Part shown: in pieces, positions 19,361 through 28,926 of the stretch
How the letters are laid out: each line of letters begins with the position of its first letter
Numbering within the stretch: the first letter of the stretch is position 1
Source of the DNA: an uncultured archaeon
Lineage (GTDB): Archaea > Asgardarchaeota > Lokiarchaeia > Sigyniarchaeales > SOKP01
Assembly: GCA_964493715.1 (NCBI GenBank)
Contig: CAZBPC010000003.1
Coordinates: forward strand, 32,001-96,000
DNA: 64,000 nucleotides
Reading direction: 5' to 3'
Notes under the pieces: model-generated
Database searches by the model: none
What the model was told of the DNA's origin: nothing
The model's input: only the letters and a program-made list of their open reading frames with translations
Translations under genes and position numbers: made by a program

Positions 19361-20614
19361 TCATTTTATATTCTTTTGAGCAAAAACCGATATCTCCATC
19401 ATTAATAACCCATGATAATAAGATATTGCATCATAATATCCCTCGCCATCATCTCTATTAGCATAAATCAACGCTAAGTGTGCATTGAGGGCTGCTTTCA
19501 TTAATAGTACAACTCCTTTATAGATCATATTTGGACTCCATGTTCCACGTTCTGGATTTGCCCACCATGTAGTATCTGAACAGATACTTCTGTCATAAAA
19601 CCATCGTGCGGTATTGTAATAATTCTGAATGTTCCATTCTTTGGTTAAATCTAATGTATCTGCCAAATGCATTAGATTATTCAAACTTTTAACAATTTTC
19701 CAATAATAGTTGTGAATTTTATTTAATGGATTATGCCAAAGAGGATAGGGTAAATTCTGCTTGATGTCATTCTCAGTAGTACTCCAACTCGATTCTTGTG
19801 GGACTAATTTTATATCACTAATAGGGAAATATTGATCTAACATACTGATAAAGGTAATTTCGATCTCTTCATCATTATTTATTATTTCCAATACTTTTTT
19901 CATAAAGGTTCTTTCATAATTTTTGATATGATGCCCAAAAGTCTCTCCATCCATCGCAGTTACTATATATGTACTGTTTTTATAATGTTGTTTCTCATCT
20001 TTATGCACATTTTTCAATTCTTTTATGAATTCTTTAGCTGTAATTTTATTAAAAGAGATCTTATTACTCAAGATATCGTCTCTAAAAAATAGCTTTAACC
20101 CATTGGGAGATTTATAGATAATATCATAAGGCCAGGGAAGCATATTTACTTCTCCAGGATAAGCAATTCCACTTTGAATAACCCAATCATAACCAATTTC
20201 TCTAACATACTTAGCAATTTTTGATGATGTGGCCATTTCAGGTGGGAAAAATCCTTTTCTTTCCCAAGCATTTCCAAATTCACGTCGAATTATTTCTTCA
20301 TTTAACTGAATCTGATGGAATGTTTCTTTTTTTGGGATTAATGGGAGAATAGGATGAAACTTAGCAGTACCCATTATTTCCAATTTTAATTCTGAAACGA
20401 GATTTTTCATTAATTCAACAGTGGAATCTAATCCGTTTTCAAGTAACATTTCAATTAGTCCTGCATTAACATTTAAAGTAAATTTGGCAATTTCACTTTC
20501 ATTAATTATTGAAAATAATGGTTCATAGCATTCTTTATCAATTTGTTCAAGTATTCTTACATCTTGAGTGGGAGGCTGGTATATATGTAGTAAAGGTGCC
20601 CAGTAAGTTGTCAT
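19361..20614 (-). CDS. Glycoside hydrolase family 57
   Basis: HIYQP, HPILPL, FPPEM (nucleophile Glu), MDGETFGHH. Confidence 0.88.
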   Translation of the reverse strand: MTTYWAPLLHIYQPPTQDVRILEQIDKECYEPLFSIINESEIAKFTLNVNAGLIEMLLENGLDSTVELMKNLVSELKLEIMGTAKFHPILPLIPKKETFHQIQLNEEIIRREFGNAWERKGFFPPEMATSSKIAKYVREIGYDWVIQSGIAYPGEVNMLPWPYDIIYKSPNGLKLFFRDDILSNKISFNKITAKEFIKELKNVHKDEKQHYKNSTYIVTAMDGETFGHHIKNYERTFMKKVLEIINNDEEIEITFISMLDQYFPISDIKLVPQESSWSTTENDIKQNLPYPLWHNPLNKIHNYYWKIVKSLNNLMHLADTLDLTKEWNIQNYYNTARWFYDRSICSDTTWWANPERGTWSPNMIYKGVVLLMKAALNAHLALIYANRDDGEGYYDAISYYHGLLMMEISVFAQKNIK

Positions 20615-20649
20615 AAGAACATTCCAATATTAATTTCTAAATATGATTG

Positions 20650-22236
20650 CTATTCATTAATTTTAAAGGTTGGATCCTCTAAATCATTTTCTAAAAATGC
20701 GTTCTTTCTATCTTCGCAAGGTTTACATTTATTGCACGGTTTCATAAAATCCCCGTAACAACTCCAAGTAAATTCAAATGGTACATTTAGTTCCTTTCCT
20801 AATTTAACCACTTCTGATTTAGTTAGATTAATTAAAGGTAGCAAAAATTGGACTCTAGTTTTATCTGAAGTATGTTTTGAATCATTTATCAGACTTGTAA
20901 GATTAGTGAAGAACTTAGGTCTCGCATCAGGAAAGGTTCTTGTATCTTTCACAATGTGCCCTCCTATGATTAATTCACATCCATAGACTTCTGCGTAGTA
21001 AGCAGCAATAGAATAAAATACTAAATTTTTCATTGGGATAAATCCCTGAGGTGCTTGGAATACTGAAGGTATTGGATACCCTTCCATTTTGAGATCAGTA
21101 GCCTGCTGCATGAAAATGAGTGGAACTTCAATTAATTTTATATTTAATAATTCAGTAAGCTTTCTAGCAGCTTTAATCTCATTTTTTGCTCGCCATTTGT
21201 ATAATAGTGAAAGGGCAAAGATCTCGTAACCTTGATTGATTCCCCAAAATAATGCCGTAGCTGAATCAATACCTCCTGAAAGCAATAAAATTGCTCTTTT
21301 CCTAGTGTTAGATTTAATATCTGTACCGATTTCGGTATAAATTGCTGCATCTATTGCTTCTGATATGGGTGACAATTCAAATCCTAAGTCGTTAGTAGTA
21401 ATTTTACCATTAGGAGTTAAATCACATCGCATTACATCAACCATTTCTGCGCAGATATCTAATTTTTCAGGTGCATCTTCATAAGGGATGTGCGTTATTT
21501 TGGGTCTTGGCACGTTAAAGCCAAAAGAACTCAATTTTTTTATTACAATTTCAACTAACTCATTCATAGTAATTATTTGTGATCCCACGAGATCATATAT
21601 CTTATTTATATGTCTCTCTTCTGAGGTTGCTAATAGAAAAGCGGTAATTGCATCATTCAAGTAGATAGGATTCATTGGAATATTCCCATCTCCAGCGATA
21701 ATTACCTCCCCATCCACAATTTGATTAATTATCTCAGAAATCAACTCATCATGAGGACCTAAAATGTAAGAGGGTCTAAATATTATGTAAGGAATATTAG
21801 CTTGTTTTAAAACTTTTTCAGCTTCGAATTTAGATCTAAAATACTCATTTTTAGCCCATTCTACTTTATTATATTGATCAACACCCAAACCTGATAGATA
21901 GATAACTTTCGAGACATTGACTTTTTTAGCAGCTTCAAGAATATTCTTTAGTCCCTGAACATTGACTTTTTCAAAAATTTCTTTAGAACCACAAACAATA
22001 TTAGCAAAATGAAGGATTGCAGTACAATTTTCGAAAGCTTCTGTTAGTGATGGAATTTCAAAGTTCTTAACTAAAAACACTTGTGTACCCAATAACTGGA
22101 GCTCAGACATGACCTCTTTTCTCCTTACAATCGCATTCACGTCCCAATTTTGTGAACGCGCTTTTTTAATTGTTCCCATACCGAGATATCCATTAGCTCC
22201 TGTTATGGCAATTTTCTTTTCCTTCATTATGCACAT
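20650..22236 (-). CDS. queC: Fusion: atypical SDR/NAD(P)-binding epimerase-like domain + 7-cyano-7-deazaguanine synthase
   Basis: N-terminal ITGANGYLG, YFRSKFEAE, RPSYILG; C-terminal LLSGGIDS, FPDARP, TWSCY..PCNKCKPC. Confidence 0.85.
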   Translation of the reverse strand: MCIMKEKKIAITGANGYLGMGTIKKARSQNWDVNAIVRRKEVMSELQLLGTQVFLVKNFEIPSLTEAFENCTAILHFANIVCGSKEIFEKVNVQGLKNILEAAKKVNVSKVIYLSGLGVDQYNKVEWAKNEYFRSKFEAEKVLKQANIPYIIFRPSYILGPHDELISEIINQIVDGEVIIAGDGNIPMNPIYLNDAITAFLLATSEERHINKIYDLVGSQIITMNELVEIVIKKLSSFGFNVPRPKITHIPYEDAPEKLDICAEMVDVMRCDLTPNGKITTNDLGFELSPISEAIDAAIYTEIGTDIKSNTRKRAILLLSGGIDSATALFWGINQGYEIFALSLLYKWRAKNEIKAARKLTELLNIKLIEVPLIFMQQATDLKMEGYPIPSVFQAPQGFIPMKNLVFYSIAAYYAEVYGCELIIGGHIVKDTRTFPDARPKFFTNLTSLINDSKHTSDKTRVQFLLPLINLTKSEVVKLGKELNVPFEFTWSCYGDFMKPCNKCKPCEDRKNAFLENDLEDPTFKINE

Positions 22237-22404
22237 TCCACTGTATATATTAGTACATTAAAGATTATTTAAAAAGCATTTAAAAAATATGATTATAAGA
22301 TATAGCTAGGTTTAGTAGAAAAAAATTCATTTATGATTTTCAATGAAAAATTTTTTAAATTCTTAAAATTAAATCATAACAAATCTTGATCTTAACAAAA
22401 AACC

Positions 22405-22863
22405 ATGAAGAACAAAGTCCTTATTAAATCAAGTGAAATAAAATTTAGCGCTTGTCATTTTCTTAAAGAACCCCGGAAATGTTCCAGACTGCATGGACAT
22501 AATTACTACGTCTCTGCTGAAATAAGTTCTAATTTAGATGAAAATTATTTTGTAGTTGATTTTTTCGAACTTAAAAAACAGCTTAAAATAATTGTCGCCC
22601 CACTTGATCATTACATTTTAATTCCTGAAAAATCCGAGGACTTGGATATCGAGATCCAGAATGAGAGCATAAAAATCATTACTAAAAGTGGAAAGAGATA
22701 TGTATTCCCCTTTTCTGAGGTTAAATTTCTTCCATTACCTGCTACAACAAGCGAGTTACTCGCAAAATATATTCATGATCAATTAAAATTAAGATATTTT
22801 GACAAGAAAATTAAGGTTAAAATAGAAGAAAGTAGGAGTACGTGTGCTATTTACGAGGATTAA
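22405..22863 (+). CDS. queD: 6-carboxytetrahydropterin synthase / PTPS family
   Basis: FSACH, CSRLHGHNY, LDH, TTSELLA; divergent from queC. Confidence 0.88.
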   Translation: MKNKVLIKSSEIKFSACHFLKEPRKCSRLHGHNYYVSAEISSNLDENYFVVDFFELKKQLKIIVAPLDHYILIPEKSEDLDIEIQNESIKIITKSGKRYVFPFSEVKFLPLPATTSELLAKYIHDQLKLRYFDKKIKVKIEESRSTCAIYED

Positions 22864-22866
22864 TTA

Positions 22867-23979
22867 TTATTTTTCAATGATCTTTTCTTCAAGGGGAACA
22901 CCATAATGGGTCGCTCCAGGTCCAATATGAACTAAAATTTCATCACCTTTTTTAATGGTTACAACCGATACAGCTTTTCCATTTTTATCAACAAGTCTAA
23001 TAGTCTCTGCATTTTGACATATGACACTCATCGTAACGGGAGAATCCTCAACTGATGAAACTAATTCAAATCTCAGCATCGGTCTGATCTCGATTTTAAC
23101 TCTAGCCACTGTAACTACTCGTGTAAGACCATCCTTATTAATTATTAATACTTGGTCTCCCCCTTTTAATTCGCTAAGATATTTAGTGCGATATTTTTGA
23201 GAACCTCCCGATGGAACTAATATATAAGCCGAAACATCACCTGCATTAACTCTAAATGGTCTTGAAGAAATAAATTTAGTATCAAAAACTTCAGCGTGGA
23301 TTAATGCAAATCCTTTAGCTGTACTCCCTATAAGCATCCCCTCTCCTACTTCAAGAATGGAAGTTGTATCTACACACACCCGTGCACTTTCAGGTATATT
23401 TTGAATATCAATAACTTTCGCATTCGTCAAGTTGATCTTAAGATTTGGTCTATAAAATTTTTTCAATTCCTCTAATTCATCTACATCTTTAGGGGCGTAT
23501 AAAATCCCATCAACTCCCATTTCCAAAACATTAAGCATTAATTCTGCTTCTTTAATCGAGTATACTTCTGCGATTAAATTTATATTAGAAGAGTGCATTG
23601 CAGCAATAAGATTTTCATATGGTATAACTTTCCAATCTTTTGCTGAGACAATAATAAAATCAAGTAAGTTGGTTTCAGCAAGTCCTATAATTATATTTTC
23701 ATCTTCTTTAGTTACTAACTCTCTATAAATGCCAATTTTTGAAGGATTGGCTTCGTTTTTAGATTTGAATCTTTTTACCTCATCTATATCTGAACAAATT
23801 AGATTATTTATTGGTAATGTAAGATCCTTAGAATATATTTTTAGCCCTTCAATTTGAGAGAATTCTTGAAACGTGTCTTTTGAGACTATAATATCCAAGA
23901 AATCATGATTTAAAGCTTCTTGAATTAATTCTTCTAAATTTGGTTCTTTTTGCTCAAAATTAAGGATAATGGTCTTCAT
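22867..23979 (-). CDS. 3-dehydroquinate synthase type II (archaeal AroB')
   Basis: DWKVIPYENLIA, RVCVDT, RPFRVNAG, QNAETIRLV. Confidence 0.93.
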   Translation of the reverse strand: MKTIILNFEQKEPNLEELIQEALNHDFLDIIVSKDTFQEFSQIEGLKIYSKDLTLPINNLICSDIDEVKRFKSKNEANPSKIGIYRELVTKEDENIIIGLAETNLLDFIIVSAKDWKVIPYENLIAAMHSSNINLIAEVYSIKEAELMLNVLEMGVDGILYAPKDVDELEELKKFYRPNLKINLTNAKVIDIQNIPESARVCVDTTSILEVGEGMLIGSTAKGFALIHAEVFDTKFISSRPFRVNAGDVSAYILVPSGGSQKYRTKYLSELKGGDQVLIINKDGLTRVVTVARVKIEIRPMLRFELVSSVEDSPVTMSVICQNAETIRLVDKNGKAVSVVTIKKGDEILVHIGPGATHYGVPLEEKIIEK

Positions 23980-24141
23980 ATTTCATCAACAATGAAAATA
24001 AAATTTGGACTATGAAAGATTAAAGTTTAGAAATTATTTTATTTAACTAAATTTTCTATTAATATATTTAAGTCTGAAATTTCTTAATTATTAATAAAGA
24101 GAAATAATTAAAATAAACTTCCAATATGGAGATGAAACACA

Positions 24142-24792
24142 GTGGGAATTAAAAAAAAACTCTTTCCCCGAAAAGGACAAGAGAAGGAAGAACTTGTAAC
24201 TAAAGCAAAAGCTCACATACGTAAGATAGCTTTGGTAAATAAAACCTATAGCAAAAGATCAGAAATCGCAAGAAAGAATGCAAAAATTGCTTTGAAACGA
24301 GGAGAACGAGAAAGAGCGAAGAATTATTTAATCCAATTTAAACAATATCAACAGAAGGTTGACCGCGCTAATAATATTAGAGCTAAAATAGAACGTCAAA
24401 TAGAAGCTATAGATGAAGGGCGCATGATCTCAATGACTGGCGATTTGATGGGAGGAATCCGTGATGAACTTCAAGATATTGCAAGCAAAGCAGCTCCTAC
24501 CAAAATCGCAGAAATTGCGGAAGACTCTGAGGCTTATGTTTCTGAAATCGAAGAATCTGCTGAGATTTTAGCAGGTGATCCGGAGATTGACTTAGCTATC
24601 GATGTGACAGATGAATTAAATCAACTTGAAACCGAAATGTTATTAGATCAAGGTGGTCAGATACCTGAAGTACCTTCAGATGATTTACAATACATTTCGG
24701 AGTTTGATAGCGAAGAAGAAGAGCCTGAAATAAGAACTAAGGCTAAATTAGAAGACGAGATAGAAAAATTAAGAAAAGAGTTAGAATCATAA
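24142..24792 (+). CDS. ESCRT-III / Snf7-family protein (Vps20/32/60-like)
   Basis: Basic helical hairpin (AKIALKRGERERAKNYL), acidic C-terminal half, DELNQLE, IPEVPS (MIM2-like), terminal LEDEIEKLRKEL helix. Confidence 0.8.
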   Translation: MGIKKKLFPRKGQEKEELVTKAKAHIRKIALVNKTYSKRSEIARKNAKIALKRGERERAKNYLIQFKQYQQKVDRANNIRAKIERQIEAIDEGRMISMTGDLMGGIRDELQDIASKAAPTKIAEIAEDSEAYVSEIEESAEILAGDPEIDLAIDVTDELNQLETEMLLDQGGQIPEVPSDDLQYISEFDSEEEEPEIRTKAKLEDEIEKLRKELES

Positions 24793-24838
24793 AATCTATT
24801 ATTAATCTACATTCTTAATAGTATCAAATTTCCTTCTT

Positions 24839-26917
24839 TTATGTATAATATCGTTTACCGTCATATTCTCGATATTTTCCTTTAATATCTTCAATTTCCT
24901 CCAATTCTTGACCTAGACATTCAATGTTCTTGTCGATTGAGTAAATCTGTTTCTGAAGGTTTTTGAAGGTCCTAAAATAGTCAACTTCAGAGATTATTCC
25001 TTGATCGAATTTTGCATCTAACGCTTTCAAAGTTTCATCTAAACTGTATTTTTCCTTCTCGAAATCACGTAATTTTCGAAACCTTTCTTTTTCTTTTTTT
25101 GAATATTTTCTATTAGTGTCTAAATCATTAGAAATGAAATTATCTTGGTTAAAGTATTCGGACAAGTGATTTTTGGAGTAATCATTATATATGGAACGCT
25201 TTCCTTCATTTATATTCAAATATGAACCATGATCTCGTTGCAATATGTCATGAGATTCATTTACCTCTGGAGAATGAAAGAAACCATTTTTTTGAACTTG
25301 CTCGAGTTTTCTCATTAGAATTTTTTTATTATTTGGATCTATTCTCTGATTATTGTTAATAAATTGGTTCCTTTCATAGTTCTGAATTCTGCGAGGATCG
25401 TATAAATTTTGAGGAATAAAGCGATTATCATAATATGGTTGCTTCTTTTGATTATAAATCCTTGAATTTCCATAGAATAACAATTTTTCGGGATCTTGAT
25501 AAGGAAATCCATTAAAATTAATTTGTTGGGGGATATCCTGATATTCTAGGGGAGGAATGGGTTGCGAGACTTGATAATTCGGAATATAATTAAGTGGATT
25601 ATTATTATATGCTTGATATGGTTGTTGCTGAATTCTTGAAATATCAGGGGGAATATAATTTGATTGTCTAAACATATTTATTGGAATTAAATTGTCAGAA
25701 TTTTGATTTGCACTATTATATTGGCACTTTAAACTAAAAAAAGAGTTAATAGTTTCTTCTATAAACGCAGTTATATCATTTAAATCTATATAGATATTAT
25801 TAAGTTTCTCAGCTATCTCTTGATCATACTTAATAGTCTCATCAAAATTCCTTGCTAAAATGATATAATCCAAAACTCGGGTAATATTATTTGGTGGAAG
25901 AGTGAATTCATATCTTCCATAAGGAAATTCAATATATAATTTCTTGAACATTTTACCTTGGGATTTAATTTTAATTAAATCGTTTACAGGAGCTTTAAAA
26001 ATAACTTCTTTCTTTTTGTTTAGTTTTCCATATTCATGCACAAATGATAAGTCAAGATTTGTAATAAAAAGGATTCCTCTACTTTTTTTGAACTTATCTT
26101 GAGTGTTTAAACCATTGGCTAATTTTGCATAAATAGCATAAATTGGTTTTTCATTTTCAGCTAAATTCAAGTATTTTTTATAGGTGTCAAAGTAATAGAT
26201 GATTTTTTCAATAAATTTCAAATAATCTTGGATGCTTTCTATACTTGTAGAAATTGTTTTTATGTTATTGGATACGTATTCCTGAATGGAATTATTACTC
26301 CTTGTTAGATTCTCAAGTATTCCCTCAATAATAATTACATTGGCATTTGGTTGTGAGTAAATATCAAAAAAATATTCTTTATTCAATGATAAATGATTGA
26401 AAAGAATACTAATTTTCTCATGTAAATTTTCTTTTGCATAACTTAATAATTTAAATAATGCTAGAAGATCGGCTTCCAAATGGGGAAAGTGACAACATTT
26501 GATTGGAGGTGCTCGTGCGTTTTTTACTTTTTGGCGCAAATGATACATAGTATTTATGAGATCGTTCAGAGGTTCAATGAAGTATCGCACGTTTTTAATT
26601 AAATCTAAAAAACTTTTTTCTAAATCCTCTTTTTTCTCATAGATATTAATTATTGATGTGGAATGACATTTTGGGCAAGCTTTTAATAATTGACTCCCTT
26701 GATTTATTTGTTCACTCTCACAATCTTTGCAAGAACCATATTTACCCGAATCCTTAATTTCTATATTCTTAGAATTACAATCTTGACAAATGAAATAATC
26801 AATTTTTTCTTCATGTAAGCAATCAGAACAACAACTGGCTCCACAATCCTCACAATAATAAGCCAGCTTAATATGTCTATGGCAGAATCGACAAATTTGC
26901 ACGTTTTGTTCTGACAT
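24839..26917 (-). CDS. Multidomain protein: B-box/Zn-ribbon, coiled coil, PH-like domain, Q/N/P/Y-rich linker, steadiness-box-like C-terminus
   Basis: CRFC..YCEDCGASCCSDCLH; GILFITNLDLSF PH-type strand; SLDETLKALDAKFDQGIISEVDYFRTFKNL. Confidence 0.7.
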   Translation of the reverse strand: MSEQNVQICRFCHRHIKLAYYCEDCGASCCSDCLHEEKIDYFICQDCNSKNIEIKDSGKYGSCKDCESEQINQGSQLLKACPKCHSTSIINIYEKKEDLEKSFLDLIKNVRYFIEPLNDLINTMYHLRQKVKNARAPPIKCCHFPHLEADLLALFKLLSYAKENLHEKISILFNHLSLNKEYFFDIYSQPNANVIIIEGILENLTRSNNSIQEYVSNNIKTISTSIESIQDYLKFIEKIIYYFDTYKKYLNLAENEKPIYAIYAKLANGLNTQDKFKKSRGILFITNLDLSFVHEYGKLNKKKEVIFKAPVNDLIKIKSQGKMFKKLYIEFPYGRYEFTLPPNNITRVLDYIILARNFDETIKYDQEIAEKLNNIYIDLNDITAFIEETINSFFSLKCQYNSANQNSDNLIPINMFRQSNYIPPDISRIQQQPYQAYNNNPLNYIPNYQVSQPIPPLEYQDIPQQINFNGFPYQDPEKLLFYGNSRIYNQKKQPYYDNRFIPQNLYDPRRIQNYERNQFINNNQRIDPNNKKILMRKLEQVQKNGFFHSPEVNESHDILQRDHGSYLNINEGKRSIYNDYSKNHLSEYFNQDNFISNDLDTNRKYSKKEKERFRKLRDFEKEKYSLDETLKALDAKFDQGIISEVDYFRTFKNLQKQIYSIDKNIECLGQELEEIEDIKGKYREYDGKRYYT

Positions 26918-27113
26918 TTTTACATCTAAATCCCAATTTAATTATGAAAAAAGACAAAATTAAATAGTACTTTCAATAATTTTGAAGGGTTTTTTTAATT
27001 TCAATAGGTATGTTATTTGTGTAATATCTCTAAAATACTGAAATTGGGTCTATTTAAATAAATAAGAAAATGATTGAAAGATTTATAACAAGTTCAAAAG
27101 ATTAAAAACGAGA

Positions 27114-27410
27114 TTATTTAATGATCTTAATTTTTGTGCCTAAAGCCTGTCCTGGTAATCCTGCTCTTTTAAAATGTGCCCTAACAGCGCCACTATTACC
27201 GTGAGCTCTAGTGATAGCACCTTTCATTTCCTTTCCTGTTGAACTAATCCATAAAACAGTTCTTCCTGCTAATTTATTTGCATCTTTTCTAGTTTTAATG
27301 GTTGGGAATACTAAGATGCAATGTTTGGGGTGAATTGTATGCCGTCCTCGTTTATAATTTGAAATCGCACCCTCTAATCCAAGAAGTTCCAATTTATTAT
27401 TCAATGTCAT
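27114..27410 (-). CDS. rpl35ae: 50S ribosomal protein L35Ae
   Basis: NYKRGRHT, GAITRAHGNSGAVRAHF, LPGQALG. Confidence 0.93.
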   Translation of the reverse strand: MTLNNKLELLGLEGAISNYKRGRHTIHPKHCILVFPTIKTRKDANKLAGRTVLWISSTGKEMKGAITRAHGNSGAVRAHFKRAGLPGQALGTKIKIIK

Positions 27411-27549
27411 AACTTACCACTCAAAATAGTTGTATATTTTCCTTTAATTTAAAAAAATATTTAAAAAGATAAAAAATTTTCGATAAATACTATATCCTCT
27501 TTTTTATAAAAGGTAAAATTTTTGTAGATTTTAGATTTATACTAAATCT

Positions 27550-28926
27550 ATGAAAGTTGCGTTTGGAAAGAAAACAATTACTCAATTAAATTTTATAGGC
27601 ATGTCATTAGCTGGTTATACTCGTAAAAAACCATGCTTAGGAAAATTAGATGATATTCATGTTCATGGTATCTTAATTGAAGAAAATCAAGATTATCTTT
27701 TAATGCTCTCATTTGATATGCTTAAGTTACCGCTAGCTATCGTAGAATATATGAAAACTAAAATTATTTCAATTTTCCCTTATATTAAAGCAGAGAATAT
27801 TCTTATTCATGCGACACACACTCATGCTTCTTTTGATCTTACTGGAGAATTTCATTGGCCTGGAGGAACTTTTAATGTATTAAGGGGAATAATGTTTGGA
27901 TCTAACAGAAATGATTTATACATTGTTTGGTTGGTTAAAAGAGTTATCCAACTACTTGAAAAATTATCAAAACAGTTAGAACCATGTAGGATTGCTTGGA
28001 AGAAAAAGCTATTTAATCCTGATATTGTTATCAATCGAAGGCATCCGACCAGGCAATCAAAACCTGAACTTGGAGTCATTGTTTTCAAGCATTTAAATAA
28101 AGATGAAATAATTGGAATAATTACAAATTACTCTTGTCATCCAACAACACTTTCATTTAAGAATTTTAAATTATCTGCCGATTTTCCAGGAAGATATGTT
28201 GAACGAATTGAACAATTAACTGAAAAAAGAACTAATGCAGTATACTTCAATGGTCCATCAGGAGATCTAAATCCAATTACTACAAGTGGAATTGATTATA
28301 AAGCTTTAGAAGAAGAAAAGTCGTTAATATACGATCAATTAGGCACATATGAAGATACTAAAAGAATTGGATATATTATTGCTGAAGAAGCATTAAAGTT
28401 AGCTAGTTCTATTCATAATAAGGATTATTCCGATTCTATCAGAATCGATGCGGAATTACATGAGTTTTGGGTTCCAATGAAAGATGCAAAATATTTCAAT
28501 AAAATTTGGTTCTCTAATAAGCTCTATTATTGTATTAAAAAATTATTTCTCCTTAAGATTGCTCGAATAAATCTTTTGAATGCTAATTTTCCATTTTTTA
28601 GTTTGAATAAAAAAGGAAGGAAAATTAAATGTAAAACAATTGTTCAACATTTTCAAATTACAACTGATGCTAAAAATGCTTCAAATAAGTTAGATCTAAT
28701 AACTGTGCCTGGAGAATTATTTGAAGATTTAGGAAATAAGATCCTTGAAGAATCATTGTTTGGAAGAAAAAATACTTTCATTTTTCAGAATTCTCAAGAT
28801 TGGATTGCTTATTTGTTTAGCATAAAAGAGTATGAAAATTTTGGAGGATATGAGCCATTTCCAACTTTCAGTCCATTTTCTGGTGAGATTGTATTAAATG
28901 AAGTATTAAAATTTTTTCATAAATAA
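27550..28926 (+). CDS. Neutral/alkaline ceramidase-family metallo-amidase
   Basis: LAGY, ATHTHA, NYSCHPT, SADFPG, SGDLNP, VPGELF, GGYE. Confidence 0.8.
   Translation: MKVAFGKKTITQLNFIGMSLAGYTRKKPCLGKLDDIHVHGILIEENQDYLLMLSFDMLKLPLAIVEYMKTKIISIFPYIKAENILIHATHTHASFDLTGEFHWPGGTFNVLRGIMFGSNRNDLYIVWLVKRVIQLLEKLSKQLEPCRIAWKKKLFNPDIVINRRHPTRQSKPELGVIVFKHLNKDEIIGIITNYSCHPTTLSFKNFKLSADFPGRYVERIEQLTEKRTNAVYFNGPSGDLNPITTSGIDYKALEEEKSLIYDQLGTYEDTKRIGYIIAEEALKLASSIHNKDYSDSIRIDAELHEFWVPMKDAKYFNKIWFSNKLYYCIKKLFLLKIARINLLNANFPFFSLNKKGRKIKCKTIVQHFQITTDAKNASNKLDLITVPGELFEDLGNKILEESLFGRKNTFIFQNSQDWIAYLFSIKEYENFGGYEPFPTFSPFSGEIVLNEVLKFFHK

Noticed and set aside
20650-22863. QueC/QueD as a Dpd DNA-modification or QatABCD-type defence island
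   Set aside because: No dpdA/tgt-like, ATPase, TatD or nuclease partner is adjacent, and the context is housekeeping
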